A program made the position numbers and the translations under genes. Shown one piece after another: positions 11,700 to 22,815 of a stretch of 64,000 bases of DNA; position 1 is the first letter of the stretch, and each line of letters starts with the position of its first letter. The notes beneath the pieces were generated by a model. That model was not told the origin of the DNA. It did no database searches and worked only from the letters and a program-made list of their open reading frames with translations. The stretch is from assembly GCA_031835245.2 (NCBI GenBank), contig JAVKOQ020000073.1:62001-126000 (forward strand). The letters run 5' to 3'. The stretch is from Balamuthia mandrillaris (lineage: Eukaryota).

Positions 11700-12887
11700 A
11701 TGAAAAGACACCTTTCCCTTTTGATGACTGCAACGGAAGGAGGAGGGGACCTTGCCGAAGGGGCGCTCTACGGTGCCGCTGGTAACGTCCCTTTCAGCAG
11801 ACCTGGAGAAGAGGATAAGCAAAGCAAGCATTACTACTTTAAGCATGAAAAGGAGGAGCTAGAAGGAGAGGAGGAATACGCTGAGGAGGAAGAAGAAGAG
11901 GAGGAGGAGGAGGAGGAGGAGGGGCCTTTTCCTGACCTTTATCCAGAGGAGAAGCCGATGAAGGCCATCTTCCGAAACACCAAGCACAAACGAAGGAAGC
12001 TCGATACGGCCAATGGAGAGGGCAAAGCCTTTGTCTACCACTGTGAGCCGTTCGTTCGTAGATCGCGTCATCAACCAGGAGACAACAACGCCGATGAAGA
12101 CAGCGACATCTGTACATACGTGGACCGCCTGCCAGAGGAGGTCCTCTTCAGGATCTTTCAGTTTACTTCTGCCAACAGTGTGAAGCCCTTATCGCTGGTT
12201 TGTCGCCGTTGGAAGAAGGTCTCCAAGGACGCCATGCTCTGGTTCTCGTTGTTTGGAGATTGCAGCCTGCCGATCAGAGATCACCACCACAAGCATCCTT
12301 CCTCATCCCCTTCTCCCTCTTGCTGTTCTTCGTCCTCTTGTTCTTCTTCGGCTTCTGGGTTTGACTCGGACTTGGAGGAGTGGCCTTTCGGAACGACGGA
12401 TAAACTTGTTGGTTGCGGGAAGGGCTCGGTCTCGCCAGAAGATGAAGAAGCCGAAGAGCTTTTTGCAGAGCAAGACGTGAAGAGAAATGCATTGATGATG
12501 ATGATGGAGCAAGCCGAGGAAGCATCAACCGCAACAATAACGGCGGCTGTTGATCTTTCGTCTTCTTCGGCTGTTTGTGCATACGATGAGCGCGGCGATA
12601 GTACTGTAGGAGAAACCGGCGCCAGCCAAGAGGCAGATGCCTTGGAGTTAGGCGAGGAAGAGACCAGCAAAATCTTTCAGCAACTGGAGCCGCTGCGCTG
12701 CGCCAAGTGCGGCATCCCACCATCGCAGCTCTTCACCTGTGCTCACTGCGGGGAGTGCTCCTGCGCCTTGTGCCGAAGGCTCTGCAACATGTGCAAGCGG
12801 GTCACTTGCGACAGCATGCTCTGTGGCAGTCGCTGTTCGTTGTGCGAGGCCCGAATCTGCGTCTCGTGCACGCACGTCTGCGGCTAA
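11700..12887 (+). CDS. F-box protein with C-terminal CxxC-repeat zinc-binding region
   Basis: F-box DRLPEEVLFRIFQFTSANSVKPLSLVCRRWKKVSKDAMLW, C-terminal serial CxxC pairs and an acidic N-terminal tract. Intronless. Confidence 0.85.
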   Translation: MKRHLSLLMTATEGGGDLAEGALYGAAGNVPFSRPGEEDKQSKHYYFKHEKEELEGEEEYAEEEEEEEEEEEEEGPFPDLYPEEKPMKAIFRNTKHKRRKLDTANGEGKAFVYHCEPFVRRSRHQPGDNNADEDSDICTYVDRLPEEVLFRIFQFTSANSVKPLSLVCRRWKKVSKDAMLWFSLFGDCSLPIRDHHHKHPSSSPSPSCCSSSSCSSSASGFDSDLEEWPFGTTDKLVGCGKGSVSPEDEEAEELFAEQDVKRNALMMMMEQAEEASTATITAAVDLSSSSAVCAYDERGDSTVGETGASQEADALELGEEETSKIFQQLEPLRCAKCGIPPSQLFTCAHCGECSCALCRRLCNMCKRVTCDSMLCGSRCSLCEARICVSCTHVCG

Positions 12888-13024
12888 AGGCACAGAACAA
12901 AAAAAAGTTGTGCAGCTGTACCACTATTCATTCTATTCTTATTTATTTGTGTAAAGAGGAGGATCAGTAAAGAAGAATTATTCTAATACTTGTAAAGCCA
13001 CCAACCTTTATCGTTGAAAGCATA

Positions 13025-14506
13025 TCAAAGCTGAAACGCAACGCATCGCTCCAAACCCGCCAGGTCTCGCTTCGTTGTCACGTGCTGTAAAAAGTTGAAC
13101 ACCTGGCAAACCTTCGCACAAACAAAAGAGCGGTGAGTGAGAGAACAACAACGAAACAAATCGTGGCTTCGACGATACAAACCTCACGAGCTTGACCTTG
13201 GCCTACCTCCACGAGCAAGAACCTCTGGTTGTTTTGTTGGCGGGGCCATCGGGCCTGCCAGCGGCTGATTTGCCGGGCAATAGAACGATAGGCGTCGAGA
13301 CCATCATCGCCACCGTCAAGAGCAGCCCGAGGCTCGTAGTTTCTCACTGACGCTGATAAGGAGTGGATATCATGGGAGGGAATGTAGGGAGGGTTGCTCA
13401 CAATTAGGTCAAAGGGTTCAGGTATGTCACTTTTCCCATGCTCTGACCAATCCCTTTAAAACGTGGCTAGCGATTAGCCCCAGGAGAGAAGAGAGAGAGA
13501 AGAGAGAGAGAGAGAAGAGAGAGAGAGAAAGAGCAAAATAACTCCAAGTGTTGCTTACATGTTCCGAAAGGAGCAGCGAGATAGTAGGCCATGATTATCT
13601 GCGTTTCTGAGGGCTGTCCTAAGGGCCACCTCATTAGTATCGATGCCAAGACCGCTGGCCGTGGGAAACTCGTGCAAAAGGGATAACAACAGACAACCGG
13701 TGCCAGTGCCTAGGTCGAGAATGCTTTTGGGTGGCGCACATGTTGAGGCAGAGTACAGTTCCACTGCACACTCTATTAGCTTTGAAGCCACTTTATTAGA
13801 ACGGAGGAGGGAAAAGAGAAGCAGAGGTAGAGATAAGCCAGAAGACTGAAGAGAGCGAGAGAAGCGAAGGTAGAGCAGAAAGAAAGAGGATAAGAGAGGA
13901 CATCGAGCAACGTACAGTCTCAGAATCAGGTCGTGGGATTAACGTCTGTTTTTCAACGACCTCAAAGTCGCGTCCCCAAAACTGTTTACGGCCGGTTATG
14001 TAAGCCAAAGGCTCCGCCTCCGTCCGACGACGAACATAGTCCCAGTAAAGCTCCAACGTTGCAGGCGGCACGCGATGTCGCCACAGAGCCAAAAGGTCCG
14101 TTCGTGACCTCAAGGGCCGCCCGCCAGCCACGGTTTCAGCAGCGGGAGGTGGGGCTTGGCTTATCGCGTGCATCAACAGCACAGACGCCTCCAACCGGGC
14201 TAGCTCCTCATCAACCTTTTCTCCCTCCGGAGGGGACCGCTCCAAAAGCACTCGTGTGGCCTTGGAAAGAGCCTCCTGCACAGTGGTGTAATCGGATCCC
14301 GTAGCAGAGGAGGAAGAGCAAGCCCTACAAAAAGCGTGGCAAGGTGAATGCAGCCTCGCAGTAGCAGTAGCAGCAGCAGTACTATTCCTAGTCCACCCAT
14401 GCGGGCAAGCCCCGACCGGCAGTGGCAAACCCTTGGCTACGCCGGCGCGGTGCTGGAGGCCTCCGCTACCCCTCCGCAGCAGCACCAGCAGCGGACCGCT
14501 ACGCAT
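13025..14506 (-). CDS. HEMK1: HemK/PrmC release-factor glutamine methyltransferase, probably mitochondrial
   Basis: [59 protein letters not shown] and C-terminal [11 protein letters not shown] after splicing. The Arg-rich N-terminus resembles a presequence. Confidence 0.93.
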
Positions 14507-14838
14507 TTCCCCTGTTTCTTTTCGTTGGAGAAGACAGAGCGGCTCTGTGCCATGTAGGTGGCGTGGGCCACGTAATTTTTGTAGACCTAACTGCAGCTTT
14601 GGTGTACTAATTGAGCTCTTCTTCGCTGCCTTTTTTGTTGTTTTGTCGACATTTTTGTATTTTTCCTGCCGCGCAATGGTTCGGTTTGACAGTGGTCCTT
14701 GTCGACACTAGTTTTCCCCGCTGAAAGTAGCGGGGGAAGCGGAGGGACTGTTTTTGCTGCCCTCTTTTCCCTTGCCATTTCTTTTTCAGTTATTTTTTTT
14801 TGTATTTTTTTTTGATTTATGTTTGCATTGCCTCATCT

Positions 14839-16808
14839 TCAATCGGTGATGGCTTGGCGTAAGGTCTCCACGAGGCCCAATTGCTTCACCTCTGTGCATG
14901 TCTTGGTGTCCACGATGTCAAACTTGCAGCCGTCCTTCACCAGCTCATCGTCCAGCATCTTCAGGAAACGCTTGCCCGCCTTGTCTTTGCCCACCTGAAT
15001 GAACGAGATGGCCAGGTTCCTGCTCTGCCGGCGGGATATCCGCTCCGGATATCCGGCGGATGTATCCGTACCGTATATCCGCGGATATTCGGTCGGATAT
15101 CCGCTGTTTTTATTTGAAAAACTTTATGATACAGGTTTGAAAAATAATATGATGAGTTCCTTTTTGGGAAGCCACTGACGTCATGCTGCTCCGATTGATT
15201 ATCGTTGATAATTATCAGAAAATTATTATTGGTCTGAAAAATTTTAATTTTATTGCAGTAAAAAAAAAATAACAAGAGAAGGGAGAGATGAGTTTGATAC
15301 GTTGCTGCTCATAGCTGCCTAGATCATGTTCGCTACAGAGCCACTTCCTGTGCGCTATGCTCCGTTGAGGTTCATCACCTGCTTTGGAACGGTACTGGCC
15401 GCAGCGTCGTTCTTGTTGGTTGAACTCGGTTCTGCCTGATTCAAGGCCTTCTTTGGAAGGGGCAGAAAGATGAACAGAGAGGGGAATGAAAAGAGAATAA
15501 GCAAATAGTTGTAAAGGTTTTCTTTGCTATGATCACAAACCTCTTCTTACTGACATGCAGAGAAAAAGCGAAAAGCACCAAGTAGAAATGGTCGTTAGGC
15601 AAGTGACGCGATGGTGAAATAATTGTGAATAAAGTGAGTGCGAATATCAGAAATACAAAGAAAAAGCGCACAGGGACCTCCGGTACCAATTGTCAAGTCT
15701 TACAAGCAACCATGGGAACCATCAACAGAATCTTTTGGGTCTCATCATTTTTTCCTCTCCCAACTGCTCTTTCTTCCTCTGCTTTTTCGACTAAGGCTCT
15801 GCCTTGTTTTCAAGATTTAGATTTTAAATTTTAGAAACTAAAACAGAAAACTAAAATCGGCAGGAGGGGAAAATATGAAACTGACCAATAGGAAGAAACT
15901 CCCACGTCACCGAGATCATGTCCTCTCCCCTCTCTTCTCTCCTCTCTGCTATTGGCTTTCCTAATCGGGACGCTGATTATCCGCCCTCTGGCGGATATCC
16001 GGGCGGATAAGCATAGCGATCGGATATCCGAGCGGATTTTGTGGATACCTACCTTTAATAGAAGTTATCCGCGGATATCCGCTTTATCCCGCCGGCAGAG
16101 TGCGAAATGAGGTCAGCCGAAACGGAGAGTATAAGGAAGAGGAGGAGTTCGGACTCGTCATTCTCCAATTGTTGTGCGGTGTCCTTGATCAGAGCGATGA
16201 GCTTCTCTTGGTCATTTACTTGGCCGTCCGTTATAACAATGATGGTGTGCTGCACAGTCGGACGTTTAGTTGCAACACAGCACAGGGTAACGCATCGCCA
16301 ACGAGAAGCAGAACATACAGCAGCGGAAGAAAGAAGCAAAGGAGCAAAGAAGAAGAGAAGAGTTTTACCATGTCTGTGAGTGGAAAGTTGTCGATAGCCC
16401 GTTGAAGGCATTTCGTGACGAAAGACTTCTTGGCAGTTGGTTTAACGTCAAACTGTTGCTTCAGCTCTTCCGCAGAGGTAACCTGAAAGGGCCGTGACGT
16501 CTCTTCTTCCTCTCCTATGAGGCCATCATTACAATCCATCAAACGAAAAAGAAGGAAGATGAAGGAAGTTGGAAGAAGCAGCAGCATAAGAAGAGGAGAA
16601 GAAGGAGAAGGAGAAGGAGAAGAAGAACAAGAAGAAGTTCACCATAAAAGAAAACGTCGACTAAGCCATCTGTATCAAAGTCACAACATATATCGGCAAA
16701 GGCCAAAGCGGCCTCCTTGGCCTCTTCCCACCGGGACCGACCGTTATGGCCGTCCATTTCCAACATGCTCTTTGCGGTGCTGATCAACAGAGAGTACTCC
16801 CGCGACAT
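14839..16808 (-). CDS. VWA-domain protein of the small cyanobacterial-like type; last intron carries a transposon insertion
   Basis: MSREYSLLISTAKSM...SRWEEAKEAALAFADICCDFDTDGL, then IIVITDGQVND. Splicing 16154->15020 joins ENDE|NLAISFIQVGKDKAGKRFLKMLDDELVKDGCKFDIVDT...AITD*. Confidence 0.8.
15023..16100. mobile_element. Non-autonomous TIR DNA transposon (1078 bp) with 16-bp perfect TIRs and a 2-bp TG/CA target duplication
   Basis: Left end CTCTGCCGGCGGGATA (15023-15038) is the reverse complement of right end TATCCCGCCGGCAGAG (16085-16100). TG flanks both ends (15021-22, 16101-02). Subterminal CGGATATCCG-type repeats occur at both ends. No transposase ORF. Confidence 0.88.
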
Positions 16809-16921
16809 CTTTCCGTTTATTCTTCCTTTTCGTTTCGCTTTAATTTCGCAAATGGCAAAACGACTTTTTATTACAAGAAAACAGAAAGTGCAACGTTGAA
16901 ACAGAACTGCGAGGGATACCC

Positions 16922-19355
16922 TCACCCGGCGCTGTTGGGGGCAAAGTCAACGATCTGCCACCCTTTCTCATCGGCGGACATGAGCTTCCATGCATTTGTG
17001 GACAGGCCCAACACTTTTTTCTTGTTCTTGCTTCTCCTCTGCGCCTCGTTGGATGTTACCAGCAGCTTGCTCCTCCTGTGAACTCTGAACTCTTTGCTTT
17101 GCGGTCGCTCCCTGAAGAACCCGAAAGAAGGAGAGGGAGATGATGATGCACCTCTCCGAAGCTCTTGTTCTTCTTGACCTTCCTCCTTGCTCTCCATCAT
17201 GCTTGTTGTCGCCAAAGGCTGTCGTGCTTTACGAAGGTCCCACAACACTACCTCACTACGGTGAGTACCAGATGCGAACCGCCAGCCATTGGGCACGTGG
17301 AAGGCGTTCATGTCAAGCCGTTCCACTCCAGAGTCATGCTTCATGCTCAGCGCCGAGCGACAATCTTTCTGTCTTATGTCCCACACGTATACCTTTAAAG
17401 CAAGGCCAAGAGGGTGAGTATCGGAAAAGGAAGACGAATGAGGAAGAAGAAAAAGAACAAGGTGCTGAAGAAGAAGATAGAGGACGATAAGAGCATGGAG
17501 AAGACCGAGGCACATGAAAAGGACAAGATAGAAAGACATGCTATCCATACGTTTTTGTCCAAGGAAGAAGCGGCAATGATGGATACACCGTCGTATCGGA
17601 CCTGAGTGGCTCGGTCAACATCTTTGTATGTTCTAGTTTGTTGTTCAGTGCTCAAGTCCCAAGCTATTACACCTAACGATTAAATAATCTAATGGCATTC
17701 ATGTTGAAAGGTCAAATAACATCAACCTGTTATCCAGTGACCACCAGCACACAACCAGTTCAGCGTTACAGCTGTCGAGCCTTTTATCTGAAGCGACGTA
17801 ACCCAAGCAGCATCTTGTGATAGCTCTCCAACGACCTGATATTTTTTTGGGTTTTGCAAACGAACAAAGACCAGTGAGCAACACTGAGAGACATAAACAG
17901 TGGTACTAACCTCGGCAGGTTCACGGGAAAAGTTGATCAACAGGGCTTTATACAACGAGCCCACAGCCACCAACTCACTCTCGTCATGAAGCTCCACCGT
18001 GTACACACCAACCCCAGCAGGAACGGTAAGTTTGTTGAGCATCTCAAACGTGTTAAGGTTCCACAGGGAGACAACTCCCGCAAAATCACAACATACACAA
18101 CGCGAGCCGCGTATCTTGAGGTCTCTGACCTCCTTGCTACCAGAGGAGGCATGAAACGTGGTAGGCGCTGTTCTGGTGGCAATGTCATTGCTAGTGGGCA
18201 AAGGGAGAGCCAAGTCCCAGTAGGCCACTCCGCCGGATGACAAGCCTGCCACCAGCTGTTCTGTCTCAAAACAACAATCCACACAAACGATTCCCTTCTG
18301 ACATAGTGATGACGGTTAGTAAAACAAGTCGGAGCGAAGAGCGGGGGTTGATGCAACTTACTTTTGCAGGCGAAAGTTGTTCACACAGCAGCGCTGCTTT
18401 CCCATTCTTCCAGTTCTTCATCAGGGTCGATGTTAGGGAGAATCGATCCATCCAACTTGGAGAAGAGGGCGATGACGAAGGGTTTTTCGTTTTGGACTTG
18501 GATTTTGAGGTCTTTAGCTTTGTGGTAGTCCGGCCTTCTTCCCGCTTTCTGTCTATCGCTTCAAGTCTATGCAAGATATATGTGTCGAGACAGCTCCTTT
18601 CTGATGCCCATTCAACCGCCTCATGCAACTCCTTCCTTCTCTTTCGTTGGTGTTTCCCTCTTTCTCGTTTCATTGACTCGAACACCTCGTCTTCCTCTTC
18701 TTCGCCTGCTCGAGCGTCATTGAACCACTTACGCTCGTAGAGAAGTAACCACAGCGTGTCGTCTCTTCCAACGGCTGCCCACTGCGGACATGTGAGTCGT
18801 ACTGTCGCCAAGTCCTTTCCTTTCAACATACAAAAGATGTTCAACATGACCTCGGGAGGAAGCTCCAGCCATTTCGGAAAAGCGCCACGTCTCTGCTTAT
18901 GACTGTTTCGCAGACGGTTGGTGGAAGGAGAGTCTGTCGCCAAGGTGGAAGAGGGAGGCACGGGAGAGTGCTCTTCTTCCAATGAAACAAAAGCTTGGTG
19001 CACATCACCTTGGAACTGTGCTCCTCTCCGGCTTAGCTCTCGCAGCTTTTCCCACCTTCTTTCAGACTTGATGTGAACGAGACCAAGTAATGCTTCTACT
19101 CCGTTCAATCTGGTTCGGAGCTCTTCTATAGCTACCTTTAGGATGTGTGCACGACAAGTTAACAAGAGGACCACAAAGAGAGAAATGATTGCATACTTTC
19201 AGCTCCCCGTTTTCCTTTCGGCACGCTTCAAGCTCCACTTTCAACGTTTGGATGCTTTCGATCCCACCCGATGCAGGAGCTTCATTTTCAAGTGTCCCTT
19301 CCATTCCTTGCTCAAGCGTCTCCGTTGCTCCTCTCCTCCTCCTTTGAAATGACAT
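16922..19355 (-). CDS. F-box/WD40-repeat protein with N-terminal coiled coil, multi-exon
   Basis: F-box LELPPEVMLNIFCMLKGKDLATVRLTCPQWAAVGRDDTLW and WD repeats (GVAYWDL, VSLWNL, VYVWDIR, VVLWDLR). Confidence 0.85.
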
Positions 19356-19675
19356 TCTATGTCAATGTCGACCTGAAGCTGACGCAGCAGCATTACTCCT
19401 TCACGAATCGGCACCCGTATCCTTATAAAGCTCGTGAAACATTGCTGCGTCTTTGCTTGGGGATGTCTCCGCCGCCTCACACTGCAGAAGGCAAAAAAAG
19501 GGAAAAAAGTGAGCTGGATACTGTCTGATGGGGTGCAGAGCCAAAGGGAAGGTTGACGGGCAAAAATAACACAAGAGAGAAGAAGCGCCTAGTAGTTACC
19601 CGCTGCAAGGTGTGCACGGGGAGGAGGGGAAGGGAGAGGAAGGAGGAGGAAGGGGGAAGAGGGGGCATAGGGCTG

Positions 19676-21967
19676 ATGGGCAGCATGGAAGGAAGCAGCG
19701 GTGAGGTAAGAGTTCCTGGAGAACGGCGAAAGTCACAGGTGGACAGGGCCAGGACGCGCAGCCTCTCGGACCCGCCTAGCCCTGAAGCGTGGGTGTTTGA
19801 CAAAGAAGATGTGGGAAGGGCTCTGGAGAGGGACCAAAGTTTCTGGCAGGAAGCGGAGGAGGAGGTTGGAATGGAAGGGGCCGAGTGGAAGAAGCTTCTC
19901 CGCCAGGAGCAGAGCTGCTATCCTGCCAGCAGCAGCGGTGGTGGCACCAGGAAGGAGAGCTACTCCACACTGGTCCCGGAGCTGCTGCCCTCCTGGGAGG
20001 AGTGGAAGGTCAGGGTCAGCCCCGAGAGCTGGGAGGTCGAGCAGGTGACTCCGTTGGAGCCGGAGGCCTTGGCTTTGCCCCACCAAGAACCGGTTGTGGA
20101 GGCCAGGCCCCTTGCCGTTCATACCCCATCAAGCAGCGCAGAGGCGGAGAAAGCAGAAGAAGAAGATGAAGCACGAGTCAGCAACAAAGAAACTACAAAA
20201 GCGGAGGACCCCACCAACACAACCACAACAACAGCACCTGTACCAATACCACAAGCATCGCCGCAAGCCCCACCACAACATACAACACCTCCGTGGAAGA
20301 AGGGCACCATCCTCATAGCCACTGGAAAAGGAGCGGAAAGCCTGTTGCTGGCGTCGGAGGCCTCCCCGGCTTTCACCCCCAAACAAACAGCGGAGCAGCT
20401 CTCCAGCGGCAGCGAACATGCCGGCGACAACGGAGGAGGCAGAGGCGGTGCAGTCGGCGCAAGTGGGAGCCACAGTAATGGCGCAAGTGGGGCGGTCACC
20501 CGGCGAAGAGCTCGCTCTCGCTCCTACGAGGGAGTAACGCCGCAGTCGCTCTGGGTGGACGAGGAAGAGGAAGAGAAGGGCACCGTCACAGCTGCTACTG
20601 GTATCGCCACTGGGGAGCGCAGAGGCAGTGTGGGCAGCGTGAAGATCAGCGAGAGGAGAACGCTTGGTGGGAGCTGTCCGCTGCCCCCGCTCCTCCCACG
20701 GACCACCTCCCAGAGGGACCGCTCCAACCGCAAGATTATCAGCCTCCTGGGAGAAAACTGTCCCACTCCATGTACTTCTCTCGTCTTCCTCTTCTTGTTC
20801 TTCCTCCTCTCTCTTTCTCTTGGTTGCTTGTTAATCAGAATAGCTTGCGTGCGCAACAAGTGAGCGATGCAGGAGTGGAGCAGCTGTTGGACTTCTCGGC
20901 GGCGGGGGATGGTGGTGCCAAGGAAAAGGAGCCAAAGGAGAAGAAGGGGAAGAGGCGAGGACGGAGCAGGTCGCTGAGAGGCGCTGCCAGTTCCATCAAG
21001 GAAGCTGCAAAGAAGGGAGAGTCGCCCGGGTGGTTGAAGGCTCTGGAAGCTCGCCGACAGTTGGAGCAACGCACGAAGCAGCAGCAAGACGACGTTCTAA
21101 CCGAGAGTGGCGGCGGCGGAGGAGGAGGAGGCGTAAGTCAAGGCATCAGCCCTCCAAAGAAGATATACATTTTGAGGAGGAGGCCTCCCTCCTCCAAACG
21201 CAGAGAGAAAGAGAAGAAGCAAAGCACCAGCACGGGCTCCTCCCCTACGAAGCACAACAACATGTCGGCCATGTTTGATCGTCTGCGTCTCCAGAGATCG
21301 AAAGCAAGCAGAGCCGGAAGTGCGGAGCTCACCAGGAGAAGAAGCGGAGGAGCTGTGGTGGAAGAAGAGGAAGAGCCACAAGAGGAAGGGGAGCGCTCCG
21401 GCAACTTCTCCCCCAACAGCACGAAGAGGAAAGAGAAAGAGAAGAACAGCGACAAAAAGGGAGGACCCAGCATCATCATCTCAGCCCCAAGCAATGTCCG
21501 TCACAAGATACATGTGGACTTTAACTTTGTCTGGACAGGAGAGGACCTCGTGGAGGAGTTCACCATCCTCCAGAAGCTTGGTCACGGGTGACTCTCTGCT
21601 TTCTTCTTCTTTGTGGCAAAGTTTGTTGACGTTATATAACTCACGTTGGCTCATCCTACAGAGCTTTTGGCAAAGTATATAAAGCGAAGCACAAGGATAC
21701 CTCTTTCATACTGGCCTTGAAATGCATCCAAATCCAAGGCGCCTCTCGCAAGGAAGCCAAGCGGATAAGAGAAGAGATTGAAGTGCTGAACAACTGTCGT
21801 AGTCCTTACATCGTCAGCTATTTTGGTTGTAGCTTACGAAGACACGCCATGTGGGTACGTTCGCTCTCGCTCTCTCGCTCTCTCTCTCGCTCGTTTCTCC
21901 TCCTTCCTCTCTCTCCTCCCTCTCATTCTCTCGTTATCTCGTCCTCTTCTCTCCTTTCTTCTCTCCT

Positions 21968-22018
<51 letters not shown>

Positions 22019-22539
22019 CAACACCTGTAGTAAAAGTAGAGGGCGAATGTATACAGATTATGATGGAGTTTTGCGGAGTAGGTTCCATTCAGGACGTCCA
22101 AAATATAATGGAAAAACAATCCCGAACTCGAAGCTTGAAAGAAGCAGAGATAGCGAGCATCCTTGTATGCGTAGTAAGAGGCCTCCAATACCTCCATTCC
22201 AGAAAAATCATTCACAGGTCTCGCTCTCTTGCTATCATTCTTTTCTTCTTGTTCTCCTCATGCGTTGCCTCCCCAAAAGAGATCTTAAAGCAGGAAACAT
22301 ATTGTTGTCAGAAGACGGAACCGCAAAGATAGCAGACTTTGGCACATCACAGAGGCTGCGCAGCCTTTCTTTGATGTCGACTGGGATAATGGGCACTCCG
22401 TTATTCATGAGCCCTGAGGTGTTGAATGGAGAAGACCCTGAAAGCAATCCTAGCAAGATTGACATTTGGTCGTTGGGCATCACTGCACTGCAGCTAGCAG
22501 AAGGCCACCCTCCCTATTATAATCTCCATCCTGCAAGGG

Positions 22540-22591
<52 letters not shown>

Positions 22592-22772
22592 TGGTGGCAT
22601 TTAAACGAACCTTATTTGCATGTTGCAGGCCATTGTGTTGATATGTCTGGAAGACAGCCCAAAACTTCGAGAGCCGGAAAAGTGGTCTTCGAGCTTTAGT
22701 GACTTTATAGCGGTCTGCCTTCTGAAAAATCCATCTAAACGGCCATCTGCGGTTGAGCTTTTACAAGTAGTC

Positions 22773-22815
<43 letters not shown>

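Noticed and set aside
15005..16115. hAT assignment for the TIR element, suggested by its GGATATCC subterminal repeats
   Set aside because: There is no 8-bp target duplication, and the host intron is restored exactly with a 2-bp duplication.
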